Source of the DNA: Isurus oxyrinchus
Lineage: Eukaryota
Assembly (NCBI GenBank): GCA_026770705.1
Contig: JANJGN010000052.1
Location: 3,782,001 to 3,846,000 of the forward strand
Direction of reading: 5' to 3'
Length of the DNA: 64,000 nt
In this document: in pieces, positions 36,650 through 48,471 of the stretch
Layout: every line of letters starts with the position of its first letter
How positions within the stretch are numbered: position 1 is the first letter of the stretch
Notes under the pieces: model-generated
The model's input: the letters and a program-made list of their open reading frames with translations, nothing else
Told to the model about the DNA's origin: nothing
Database searches by the model: none
Made by a program: the position numbers and the translations under genes

Positions 36650-37500
36650 TATCTCTGTAACCTCCTCCAGCCCGTACAACCCTCCCTATCTCTGTAACCT
36701 CCTCCTGCCCCTACACCCCTCCCTATCTCTGTAACCTCCTCCAGCCCCTACACCCCTCCCTATCTCTGTAACCTCCTCCAGCCCCTACAACCCTCCCTAT
36801 CTCTGTAACCTCCTCCAGCCCCTACAACCCTCCCTATCTCTGTAACATCCTCCAGCCCCTACAGCCCTCCCTATCTCTGTAACCTCCTCCAGCCCCTACA
36901 CCCCTCCCTATCTCTGTAACCTCCTCCAGCCCCTACAACCCTCCCTATCTCTGTAACCTCTTCCAGCCCCTACAACCCTCCCTATCTCTGTAACCTCCTC
37001 CAGCCCCTACAACCCTCCCTATCTCTGTAACATCCTCCAGCCCCTACAACCCTCCCTATCTCTGAAACATCCTCCAGCCCCTACAACAATCTCTATCTCT
37101 GTAACTTCCTCCAGTCCCTACAACCCTCCCTATCTCCGTAGACCTCCTCCAGCCCCGACAACACTCCCTATCTCTGTAACCTCCTCCAGCCCCACAACCC
37201 TCCCTATCTCTGTAACCTGCTCCAGACCCTACAACCCTCCCTATCTCTGTAACCGCCTACAGTCCCTACAACACTCCCTATCTCTGTAATCTCCTCCAGC
37301 CCTTACAACCCTCCCTATCTCTGTAACCTCCTACAGCCTCTACAGCCCTCCCTATCTCTGTAACCTCCTCCAGCCCTTACAACCCTCCCTATCTCTGTAA
37401 CCTCCTACAGCCTCTACAACCCTCCCTATCTCTGTAACGTCCTACAGCCTCTACAACCCTCCCTATCTCTGTAACCTCCTCCAGCCCCCACAACCCTACC
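36650..37500 (-). repeat. 37-bp minisatellite, arm B copy
   Basis: Reverse complement of 1273-2645, about 0.85 kb versus 1.37 kb. Confidence 0.95.
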
Positions 37501-37504
37501 TAAA

Positions 37505-38120
37505 TCACTGGTCTGAGTCTCACTCCAGGGAATTCAGTCCCATAATGTAGGTCAACGCTCCGTGCTGAGGGAGTGCTGCACTCTCAGAGGGTCAGTAGTG
37601 TGGAAGTGTTGCGCTGTTGGAGGGACAGTACTGAGGGAGTGCTATACTGTCGGAGGGTCAGTACTGAGGGAGTACTGCTGTGTTGAAGGGTTAGTACTGA
37701 AATAGAGCTGCACTGATGGAGGGACAATACTGAGGGAGCGCAGCACTATCGAAGGGTTAATACTAAGGGAGTGCTGCAGTGTCAAAGGGTTAGTACTGAG
37801 GGAGCTCAACAATGTTGAATGAGACATTAAACTGAGTCCCCCGTCTGCCCTCTCGGGCGGGTGTGAAAGATCCCACAGCCACTATTTGGAGGAAGAGCAG
37901 GGGGAGTTCTCCCCGGTGTCCTGGGACCAATATTTATCCCTCACCCAACATCACTAAAAAGCAGATGATCTAGGCCATGATCACATTGCTATTTGTGGGA
38001 TCTTGCTGTGCACAAATCAGCTGCCACATTTCCTACAGTGTGAGTGCACTTCAAAAACATCCTTCAGTGGCTGTGAAATGCTTTGGGATGTGGTGAAAGG
38101 CGTTAGAGAAATGCAAGTCT
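37505..38120 (+). mobile_element. DeuSINE/SacSINE1-like SINE, arm B copy
   Basis: Mirror of 655-1260. Confidence 0.7.
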
Positions 38121-38219
38121 GTCCTCCTCCCCCTCTCTCTCCTGTACCTCTCTCTCTCTCTCTCCCTCTCCCTCAATCCTCCTCTCACTTTCTCCCTGAT
38201 AAATTCTTTCTTTTTGCAG

Positions 38220-38276
38220 GTTGACACTGCTTTAGGTTCTTCGACGATTGAGAAATCTGTGGATTCCCCGGACACG
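38220..38276 (+). other. Candidate 57-nt phase 0-0 cytoplasmic exon (VDTALGSSTIEKSVDSPDT)
   Basis: Strong acceptor and ACG|GTAGGT donor. Phase-compatible with the terminal exon at 40515. Confidence 0.4.
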
Positions 38277-39819
38277 GTAGGTGGAAATTCATTCCTTATT
38301 TTAAGGTTTCTCCCTGCTCGTTTCTTCCACAGAAAGTTTTCTGATTTCAAGCTGATTTCAGTGGCAGTCTGTCTCGGTTATACTCAGGAGGCATGTTTGA
38401 AATCGAGCCCCCCCCAACTTTTTTTTGCAAAGCTGGGAAGAGGCAATTCCAAGGAAGTGAACATATCCCCACAGGAATTTTAAATGTAACCCACGCCGGG
38501 AATAGTGAGAGGGAGACTGATCCAGCCTGGGAGTGGGTTAAAGAGAGGCTGGGAGTCGAGAGTCGGAGAGAGGGATGGAATGGGGGAGGGAGGGATTGGA
38601 AGAGAGAGACAGAGAGTGGGACGGGGAGGGGTGAAAGGGAAAGAACATAGGTGGGAGAGAGTGACAGAGGGAGAAATTAAAGAAGTGATGCAGAGTGAGG
38701 GAAAGTGAAAAGGGAAGAGAGATTGTCCAAGAGAGAGAAATTAACAGAAAAGGGAGAGTTACAGAGTGAGCGAAAGGTACAAAAATAGTGTGAGAGAGAG
38801 GGAGAGATACAGAGTGGGAGAAGGAGACAGGGGAGAGAGAGGGAGAGAGACAGGAAAAGGGAGAGAGGAGAGAAAGATTGGGAGAGAGGGCAATTGAGAG
38901 GAAGAGTAGGAGAGAGAGAGACAGGGAGAGGAGGAGTGGATGAGAGGAAGAGAGAGAGAGATATGGAGCAGGAGAACACCTCCTCCGGTCCCGATGTTCC
39001 TCCAAAATCTCTGACATTACTGCATCTCCCGGGTCCCCCTGATTCCCATCGCTCCACCATTGGTGGCCGTGCCTTCAACTGCCTGGGGCCCTGAGCTCCG
39101 GAATACCCTCCCTTTACCTCTCTGCCTCTGTCTCTTTCTCTCTCTCTCTCCTTTAAGACGCTCCTTAAAAACTGACATCTTTGACCAAGCTTTTGGTCAC
39201 CTAACCCTAATATCTCCATATGTGACTCAGTGTTAGACTTCTCTCTGATTTACGCTCCGGTAATGTGGGCGGGGACATTTTGCAATATCAGAGGCGCTGT
39301 GTAAATGCAAGTTGTGAGTGTTATGTGGAAGGGAGACCCCAGGCGGCAGTCAGTGCCAGAGACTGGAGTCATTGTGTGCAGACCATATCTAATCTCTCCG
39401 AATGCACAATCGGTTTGACTGTCAGCCAAAGCACTTTTGATATTTGATCCTTCTAACTGTTTATAACCAGGCCTACATCAAACACCGAGAGGCTGGTTAA
39501 TCAACAGACACCTTAGAGGATCGAGTGAAAGACAAAGAGGACTTGCATTTCTCTAGCGCCTTCCAACACATCAGGACGTCCCAAAGTGTTTCGCAGACAA
39601 TCAAGTGGTTTTTTTCTTTCATGTGAGGTCACTGATGTACTGTGGGAAAAGAATCAGCCATTGGCGCACAGTAAGATCCCACAGACAGCAGCATGATAAT
39701 GACCAGCGCGCTCCCAGTACTTGCACTGCAAGTGTCAGTTCAGGATGTGTGCTCGATTCTCTGCAACTCTCAGCTCTGAGTTAAAAGGACCACCAGGCAT
39801 AATTGAGAAATTACCGAGC

Positions 39820-40390
39820 TGTCGGAGGGTCAGTACCGGCGGGGGGGCAGGACAGTCGGAGGGTCAGTACTGAGGGGGTGCTGCATTGTCAGACGGTCAG
39901 TCTTGGAGTGCTGCACTGTCAGAGGGTCAGTACCGGCGGGGGACTGCACAGTCGGAGGGTCAGTACTGAGGGGGTGCTGCATTGTCAGACGGTCAGTACT
40001 GAGGGAGTGCTGCACTGTCAGAGGGTCAGGGCTAAGGGAGTGCTGCACTGATGGAGGGTCAGTACTGAGTGAGTGCTGCACTGTCAGAGGGTCAGTGCTA
40101 AGGGATTGCTGCACTGTTGGAGGGTCAGTACTGAGTGAGCGCTGCACTGATGGAGGGTCAGTTCCGAGGGAGTGCTGCACTGTCAGAGGGTCAGTGCTAA
40201 GGAAGTGCTGCACTGTCAGAGGGTCAGTGCTAAGGAAGTGCTGCACTGTACAGAGGGAGTGTGAGACTGACAGAGGGTCAGTAATGAGGGAGTGTGAGAC
40301 TGACAGAGGGTCACTATTGAGGATGTGCTGCACAGTCGGGGGGGTCAGTACTGAGGGAGCACTGCACTGCCATAGGTGGTTTCTTTCAGA
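39820..40390 (+). repeat. 33-bp SINE-derived minisatellite
   Basis: Tandem units immediately upstream of the tail exon at 40515. Confidence 0.9.
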
Positions 40391-40514
40391 TGACATGAGA
40401 GAGAGGGTTAAACCCACTGAGACAAGACTGACACTAATGAGGCTGCTCAATAATTTAACCCTATCAGTGCCAGTAAATAATGTGAGGATGTCTTCTGTTT
40501 CCATTTCTCTGTAG

Positions 40515-40763
40515 GGTAAACAGAACGTGCTGATTACTGAGCCCCGGAACACAACCAGAGACACAACTAGTGAGGGGGAGACCCCAGCTCCCCGGGGTCT
40601 CTCTGAAGGTGCATTGGGAGGCGATGCTGGACATTGGCACATCGACAATCCCAACGGCCTTCTCTACGCCAATCCCCAAGTATTGAGGATGTCCAGTGAT
40701 GATGGGTCTGTCCACAGGGAAGAGGAGACGGAATACGCACAGATCAGGTTCGAGCATAACTGA
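40515..40763 (+). CDS. Orphan Siglec terminal exon 1 (LLYANP, TEYAQI)
   Basis: 249 nt, open, intact acceptor, paralogous to 19201-19449. No TM exon found upstream on this strand, so its status is uncertain. Confidence 0.75.
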   Translation, partial: GKQNVLITEPRNTTRDTTSEGETPAPRGLSEGALGGDAGHWHIDNPNGLLYANPQVLRMSSDDGSVHREEETEYAQIRFEHN

Positions 40764-40960
40764 ATGAGAAATGGGGAGTGAGAGTGAGGAGGTGTGGGGG
40801 TGGGGGTAGTGATTGAGATTCCTGGGAACAGGAAACAACCCACCGGGGGACAGGGGGAGAGAGGGAGGAAGGGATGCGATTGGGCTGCGGTTGGTGTGGT
40901 TTGGAATGAAATGCTTCTCCAGAGAGGACTGGATGCTGAGCCACTGGGGATAGAGATTCA

Positions 40961-41001
<41 letters not shown>

Positions 41002-41344
41002 TCTTTGTCTTTCTTTCTGTGTCTGTCACTCATTCTCTATCTCCAGCTCCTCCTTTAAGATGCCCGTTAATAACTGACTTTGTTGACTCAGCTGTTGGTC
41101 TCCTGTCCCTTATATCTCCTCATGTGCCTCAGAGTCAGGTGAAGATGTGACTAACAATTCCCGGATGAGCCTTGGGACATTTTGCTACATTAAAGGTGCT
41201 ATATAAATGCAAGTAGTTGCAGTAAGTCTGATCTGCTTCGATTAACAATGAAACCACAAAGGCTCCTTCGACAGGGCGTGTGTGCAGGAGGATCCCAATA
41301 AATACATTGAGCTGTGAGATTTTTAATTCTTACATCGAATGTGG

Positions 41345-41790
41345 CTGTCACTGGTGATGCCAGCATTAATGCCCATCCCTAATTGCCCTTGAGAAGGTGG
41401 TGGTGAGCTGCCTTCTTGACCCGCTGCAGTCCATGTGGTGTAGGTACACCCACAGTGCTGTTAGAGAGGGAGTTCCAGGATTTTGACCCAGTGACAGTGA
41501 AGGAACGATGATATATTTCCAAGTCAGGATGGTGAGTGGCTTGGAGGGGAACTTCCAGGTGGTGGTGTTCCCATGTGTCTGCTGCCCTTGTCCTTCTAGA
41601 TGGTAGAGGTCGTGGGTTTGGAAGGTGCTGTTGAAGGAGCCTTGCTGAGTTGCTGCAGTGCATCTTGTAGATGGTACACACACTGCTTCCACTGTGTGTT
41701 CGTTGTGGAGGGAGTGAATGTTTAATGTGGTGGATGGGGTGTAGATCAATCGGGCTGCTTTGTCCTGGATGGTGTCAAGCTTCTTGATTC
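41345..41790 (-). mobile_element. CR1/L2-superfamily LINE 3' fragment
   Basis: Near-colinear with 16960-17395 (CTIYKMHCSNS.RLL.QHLPNP...KSWNSL...AHHHLLKGN). Confidence 0.85.
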
Positions 41791-41920
41791 TGTGCTTTGT
41801 ATAGAACTGATTTAAAGAGACAGTCCCAGTCGTTGGTCTAAGATTACAGTGGGCTCTGTGTCTGTGCTACACTGACTCTCTGCTATATGATAACCACAGT
41901 GTGATATTTTGTTATTACAG

Positions 41921-42002
41921 GAGAAAGACAGCGATGGAGGAGAGAGTTTCAGGGACCAGTGACATTGTATTGACCCCCAGTCCACTCTCTGTGAAGCACC
42001 AG
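41921..42002 (+). CDS. Orphan juxtamembrane cytoplasmic exon (RKTAMEERVSGTSDIVLTPSPLSVKHQ)
   Basis: Near-identical to 20796-20877, with intact AG/GT. Confidence 0.75.
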
Positions 42003-42137
42003 GTACAGGAGCTGTTTACACTCACTCCAAAGCTTCTATCTCAGTGTGTAGACAACACATGTCCCAGATTCCCAGCCAGGTTACCCACTGATTTGTACCT
42101 GTGGAGTCAGCAATGGTTCAGTATCATGCTGTCTCTC

Positions 42138-42894
42138 TGTTATGTCACAGCAACTGGTAAAGGCTGTTGTTTAAAATCCCAGAGGGAAACTTTAAACAAC
42201 TGTCATAACCTATATTTCCCAGTGGAATGTTTGAGATGCAGCTCTAAATTCAGGAATAAGACCATCAGTTCTTGAGATGGGTTTATATCAAACTACATGA
42301 GACATTTATTAATTTTCACAAGTTAATCATATGCACATGGCTACAAGCTAGTACTATCATAACTTTTTAACAAATTCCCAAACTAACGTCCTCTAAGACA
42401 ACCCATAGACTTTAAGCAGATTCCAAGCGAAGCATTTTCACCTCACAAATTCCAAATGAGGTTCCTTTCACTTTGGTTCCTTTGCAGACAGGTGTAGGCT
42501 TACAGCTGCTTTGATGTTACAAGCCTCTGCTCTGCACACACAAAACTGCTCAAGTTATACCCAGCTCTTCTCTTTGAATGTAAATTCTCATTGTATCATC
42601 AGGACCTTTGATCTCCATCTCTTCTAACTATAAATCCCGTTTCATAGTATCAATTTTATTAGTAATATAAACATTGATTGGTTTAAGAATTCACTCCCAG
42701 GCTTTGAATCCTCCTTTTAAAAATGCAATATGCCTCTTTACCTCTTTGTTTACATCTCAAAACTACTATACATAAAAGTACCCAGACCGGCTGGCTTTAA
42801 TCCAATTAAAACACACACACACACACCCACAGACTAAACCTCTGTTTAAAAAGACAATTTCCAATTACAATACATACATTAATAGATTCATAAC
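42138..42894 (-). mobile_element. Solo LTR (TGTTATG...CATAAC family)
   Basis: Short terminal inverted repeats. Absent from the paralogous intron at about 20660. Related to 46515-47342. Confidence 0.7.
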
Positions 42895-43019
42895 GCTCAG
42901 TCTCTGACCCTTCATCTCTCTCTCTCTCTCTCATCCTCTCTCTGATTACAAGATTCATGTTATTGAGCCTCACACCAGGCACCTGAGTGCAGAATCCAAG
43001 CCGACACTCGCCAGAGCCA

Positions 43020-43310
43020 TTACCGAGGGAGTGCGAGACTGACAGAGGGTCAGTACTGAGGGAGTGCTGCACTGTCAGAGGGTCAGTACTGAGGGAGTGT
43101 TGCACTGTCAGAGGGTCAGTACTGAGGAAGACCTGTACTGTCGGAGGGTCAGTACTGAGGGAGCGCTGCACTGCTGGAGGGTCAGTACTGAGGGAGCGCT
43201 GCACTGTCGGAGGGTCAGTACTGAGGGAGTGCTGCACTGTTGGATGGTCAGCATTGAGGAAGTGCTGCACTATCGAAGGGTCAGTACTGAGGGAGCACTG
43301 CACTGCCATA
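43020..43310 (+). repeat. 33-bp SINE-derived minisatellite
   Basis: Tandem units upstream of the tail exon at 43451. Confidence 0.9.
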
Positions 43311-43450
43311 GGTGTTTTCTTTCATAAGACATGTGAGAGAGGGTTAAACCCACTGACCCACGACTGACACTAACGAGGCTGCAGAATATTTTAACCCTAT
43401 CAGTGCCAGTAAATGATGTGAGGATGCCTTCTGTTTCCATTTCTCTGTAG

Positions 43451-43699
43451 GGTAAACAGAACGTGCTGATTACTGAGCCCCGGAACACAACCAGAGACAC
43501 AACTAGCGAGGGGGAGACCCCAGCTCCCCAGGGTGTCTCTGAATGTGCAGTGGGAGGCAATGCTGGACATGGGAACCCCGACAATCCTGACGAGTTTCTC
43601 TACGCCAATCCCCAAGTCTTCAGGGTGCCCAGTGGTGATGGGTCTGTCCACAGGGAAGAGCAGACGGAATACGCACAGATCAGATTCAAGAGAAACTGA
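43451..43699 (+). CDS. Orphan Siglec terminal exon 2 (FLYANP, TEYAQI)
   Basis: 249 nt, open, intact acceptor, in frame with 41921-42002. Confidence 0.75.
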   Translation, partial: GKQNVLITEPRNTTRDTTSEGETPAPQGVSECAVGGNAGHGNPDNPDEFLYANPQVFRVPSGDGSVHREEQTEYAQIRFKRN

Positions 43700-44579
43700 G
43701 CGTGAAAAAGGCAGAGGTGGTCAGGAGGTTTGTGGATGGTGGCAGGGATGAAGATTCTTGGGAACATGAGACAACCCACTGGGGGAGAGGGGGAGAGAGG
43801 GAGGAAGGGACTGAATGGGTCTGTGGTTGGTGTGGTTTGGAATGAAATGTTTCCCCAGTGACGACTTGATGCTGAGTCATTGGGGACAGAGATTCAGTNN
43901 NNNNNNNNNNNNNNNNNNNNNNNNNNNNNNNNNNNNNNNNNNNNNNNNNNNNNNNNNNNNNNNNNNNNNNNNNNNNNNNNNNNNNNNNNNNNNNNNNNNN
44001 NNNNNNNNNNNNNNNNNNNNNNNNNNNNNNNNNNNNNNNNNNNNNNNNNNNNNNNNNNNNNNNNNNNNNNNNNNNNNNATTAACTGGCTTTGTGAAATCA
44101 GCTTTTTGTCACCTGTCCCTAATACCTCATTATGTGTCTCTGAGATGGATTTATATGTAGGTAACAATCCCCTGAAGAGATTTGGGACAGTTTGTTACAT
44201 TAAGTGTGCCATATAAATGCAAGTTGTTGCAGGAAAGTTGATTTGCCTCGATTCAGAATGGTAATTCGGAGGGTCCATCGACAGGGCGTGTGTGCAACAG
44301 CCTCGCAATAAATGCATTGCACGGCAACAACTAAGCATGTCCTTTGATGCTGATGCATCCCAGTACTGCTGTGTGGACACATCACAACCGAGGGACTGCC
44401 TGACTGCGTGCAGCCAACATGGCCGAATAGTAATTAGCAGAAATGTGATGTCACTGAACTTTGTTGACATTTCAGAAAGTGCTTTCTGAATTCTGCAACT
44501 TGTTTATTCTGTGATAGATTACAAGAAGCCTTTGCATTTTCTATAATATTACATTTATTGTCACAAGGGATTGAAATGC

Positions 44580-44830
44580 CCAGACACCACCACCTGGAAG
44601 TTCGCCTCCAAGACACACATCATCCTGATTTTGAAATATATCGCCGTCCCTTCACTGCCACTTGGTCAAAATCTTGGACTTCCTTCTCTAACTGCATTGT
44701 GGGTGTACCTACACCACATGGACTGCAGAGGGTCCGGAAGGCAGCTCACCACCACCTTCTCAAGGTAATTAAGGATGGGCCATAAATGCTGGCCTAGCCA
44801 GTGATGCCCACTTCCCATGGAAGAATGAAT
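44580..44830 (+). mobile_element. LINE 3' fragment (same family as 41345-41790)
   Basis: HHHLEVRLQDTHHPD.EIYRRPFT...KAAHHHLLK followed by the ATAAATGCTGGCCTAGCCAGTGATGCCCAC tail. Confidence 0.8.
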
Positions 44831-44834
44831 ATAT

Positions 44835-47760
44835 AAAACATAAAGTTGGAACAAAATGAATGAAGTTATAGCACAAATAGAGATTAATGGGTACGATAAG
44901 ATGGACACTGCAGAGAGTTGGTTGCAAAGTGACCAAGGTTGGAAATTGAAAATTGAAGGATATTTGGAATCTTTGAAAGGATAGGAAAAATGAAAAGGAG
45001 GTGGGGTAGCTCTGTTAATAAAAGATGAGACCTGTAAAATAGTGAGAAATGATCTTGGCTCAGATGTCAAGATGCACAGTCAGTTTGGGTGAACATAAGG
45101 AATTGCAAGGGAAAGAAATCACTGGTGGGTTGGTTTATACTCCCCCCTGAATGTAGTTACACTGCAGGGGTAGATTATAAATCAATACATGAGGAGGTTT
45201 ATGAGAAAGGCACCACATTAATCATGGGAGTTTTCAATCGTCATATGGATTAGCCAAATCAGATTAGCAAATGTAGCTTTCAGCGAGGTTATACAGATTG
45301 TATTCAGGACAGTATTTTAGAACAATCCAACATGGAACCAACCAGGGAAGAGGCTGTTTTAGTCCTGGCAATGTTTAATGAGACAAGACTAATTAACATC
45401 TCATTGTAAAGGACCCTCAAGGGAAGAGTAATCATACGGTGTTGAAATTTAATATTCAGTTTAGAAACTTGGTTCTTAAGCTAGTGTCACAAACTTAACT
45501 AAAGGCAATTACAAGGGTTAAAAGTAGAGTCGGCCCAAGTAGAGTGGGACAGCAGGTTAAAGTGGGGGGGGGGGTGTAGATGAGGAGTAACAGGTGTCTA
45601 AAGAGATGTTTCATAAATTCCAATGACGATATTTTCCAGTAAGAAAGAAAGAATCTATAAGAAGGATGGAGCATCGGCGGCTAACTCAGGAAGCTAAGGA
45701 CGGTATCCAATTGTGAGATAAAGCCGGCAATGTTGGGATGCTTAGTGATAGGCTGGAGATTGGGAATATTTGAGAAACCAGAAAAGTGAGGGGAGAAATA
45801 TAAGGAGGCAGAAATGATGATATGAGAGTAAACTAGCAAGAACCATAAACAATGACAGTGAGATGTTGTACATTAAGATAAGAGAGAAGCTACAGTAATA
45901 ATGGGACACATAGAAAATCAGACTGGGGAATTAATAATGGGAAACAAGGAAATGACAGAGACTTTCAACAAGAATTTTGTGTCTGTCTTCACAGTAAAAA
46001 TCTCTAAAACCATCCCAATAGCAGGAGAAAGTCACGGTGCAACAAGGAGGGAGGAACATAAAACAATCACTATCACCAGAGAAAAAGTATTAAGAAAACT
46101 AATGAGACAAATGCTGACAAGTCCCATGGAGCAGACGGCCTGAATGTGAGGGTCTGAAAGGAAATGGCTGCAGAGACAGTGGATGCATTGGTTGTAATCT
46201 TCCAGAATTCCTTAGATTATGGGAAGGTCCCAGTGGATTGGAAAAACATAAATAAAACACTTCTGTTCAATAAAGGGGGGAGGTAGAAAGCAAGAAACTA
46301 CAGGTCAGTTAGTCTAACATCTGTCATTGGGAAAATACCAGAATTCATTATGAAGGAGGGAGCAGCAGGACATTTAGAAATCCATAATTCAATCAGACAG
46401 AGTCAACATGGGTTTGTGAAAGGGATATCATGTTTGAAAAAATAATTAGATTTCCTCGAGGATGTAACAAGTGGATTGGATAAAGGGGAACCTGTAGATG
46501 TGGTGTATTAGGGACTATGACACAGCCAAGGGTAAAGGCTGAGTTGTTCAAATCCCAGAGGGAAAATTGAAACAACTGTCATAACCCAATTTTGCTGTTT
46601 GTAATGTCGAGATGAAGACTTTGAATTCAGTAGGAATAAGACCACCGAGGATTGTGGGTTTTTTATATAAAACTAAATAGACCATTTATTAACTTAACAA
46701 CAAAATTAACATATACACATTGGCTACAAATAACTACTATAATAACTTTTTAACAAATCCCCCAACTAATCATCCCCATGTAAATCTCTACTAAGGCAAC
46801 AATGAACCATTGACATAATATAGACACCAGGCAAAGCACATTTGACATTACGAATTCCGAATGAGGTTCCTTTGCAAGTTGGTTGGAGGCTACAGGCTGG
46901 TTCGGTCTGAAATGCTCCTGCCTCACACACACAAACTCATTCCTTTATATAGCTAGCTTTCCCTTTGAATGTAAATTTTCCGTTGTATCACTCGGTCTTC
47001 TGAACTCCACCTCTTCGAACAATAAAACCCCATTTCATAGCACCAATTTCATTAGTAAGTTCAAGAAAAAACACATCTTTTGGCTCCTTCTAACTAGGTG
47101 CAAGATTTTACCCCCAGTCTGGAATGGTTTATTCAACAATTGCAAATGAACAATTTACTGTTCTCCTCACAATTCACCCAATTAACATCTCAAAACTACT
47201 AAACATCAAAGCACACAGACCAGCTGGCTTTAATCCAATTAAGACACACCCAGACACACACCTATACATGGACCACCACTAGAATTCTATTTTAAATAAT
47301 AATTTCAAAGCACATTTTACACACAAATATCTCTTCATGACATTGGATTTCCAAAAGGCATTCGATAAGGTGCCACATCAAAGGATACAGCACAGGGTGA
47401 AATTGGATGGTGTTGGGGGGGATATATTAATATGGATAGAGGACTGGCTAACTGACAGGAAACAGAGAGCCAGGATAAATGGGTGATTTTCAGCTTGGTA
47501 AACTGTAACTAGTGGAGAGCCACAGGGATCAGTGCTGAGGCCTCAACTATTCACAATCTACATTAGTGACTTGGATGAAGAGACTGACTGTACTGTAGGC
47601 AGATTTTCTGACTGTATGGTGAAGATAGGTAGGAAATATATAAGCTGTGCAGGAAAGCAAGTTGTGAGGAGGACACAAAGAGGCTGCAGAGGGAGATAAA
47701 TAGTTTCAGTGAGTAGATAAAAAAATGAGTGGATGGAATATAAGGAATGAAAATGTCAGG
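44835..47760 (+). mobile_element. Degenerate CR1 LINE ORF2 (APE endonuclease + RT), interrupted by a solo LTR
   Basis: ESWLQSDQGWKLKIEGY..KGGGVAL, NYRSVSLTSVIGK, SQHGFVKG.SC, VDVVY|insert|LDFQKAFDKVPH, SGEPQGSVL.PQLFTIYISDLD. Many stops. Confidence 0.9.
46515..47342 (-). mobile_element. Solo LTR inserted in the CR1 RT
   Basis: Splits the VVY/LDFQKAFDKV motif, ends CATGACA, and has TATATAAAG (about 46945) and AATAAA (about 46685) on the minus strand. Confidence 0.75.
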
Positions 47761-47849
47761 GTGTCCAGCTGATCCTACTTGTTCTGTTCTTATATTCTTA
47801 TACAGACACAGGGTTTGCTGACAGTGCACAGCTAAGTGCTGTTCACTCA

Positions 47850-47999
47850 CTTTGTTCCAACTTCCTCATTTTGGCTCACAGTGACACATCAGCCTTTTCT
47901 AATTTAATACACAGATGGATCAGCACAGGAAGAGGTCATTCAGCCCAAGCAGAGCGTGTGGGCAGTTCCTCCCCAGGCGAGCAGTCGGACAGGTCCTGG
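47850..47999 (+). promoter_or_regulatory. Candidate promoter (PU.1 site) and non-coding exon 1 of gene C
   Basis: ACTTCCTCATTT at 47860-47871 and consensus donor TGG|GTAAGT at 47999/48000. The leader exon has an acceptor at 48389. Confidence 0.5.
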
Positions 48000-48431
48000 G
48001 TAAGTAACGGAACGATTGGAATTCACTTCCACCACCAACACCGTCCTTTGTTGATGTTGTGACTTTATAAAGACAGATTCCAATGATCGATGCCTTTGAA
48101 AGATTTCTACTGATTATTGAGATCTGGGTGTGAGACTCAAGTCTGTTGTACAGAACATCTTTCTAGCTCAAGGGACATGAGCTTGGGGACATCCAAGGTG
48201 GTGAAAGGTGCTATAGAAATGCAAGACCTTCATTGTTTTTCTTTCTGAAAGCCTTGTAACTCTCTGTAGAGCACCTATCATCCCACAGAGAATCAAATTT
48301 GTCTGTGAAGATATTGTCTAAAAGCAGTTCTGATCTCTCAAGAGCATTCGGACAAGAGGTGAAGTCTCATTAACTCCTTTCTCTTTCAGAACTTCAGAGT
48401 TAGAAGCTGAGGAAATATCTGGGAGTGGACA

Positions 48432-48471
48432 ATGATCGGGAAATCTTACTTCCCCCTGTCACTTCTCCAAG
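48432..48471 (+). CDS. Signal-peptide exon of Siglec gene C (MIGKSYFPLSLLQ|V)
   Basis: Exon starts at 48390 after CTCTTTCAG, ATG at 48432, 40 nt, phase-1 donor CAAG|GTAATA. Same SLLQ ending as the gene B leader. Confidence 0.75.

Larger units (their letters stand above)
25815..38769 (+). repeat. Arm B of the inverted segmental duplication
   Basis: Reverse-complement match to 1-12920 with scattered substitutions, VNTR length differences and about 2.4 kb of extra sequence. Confidence 0.95.
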
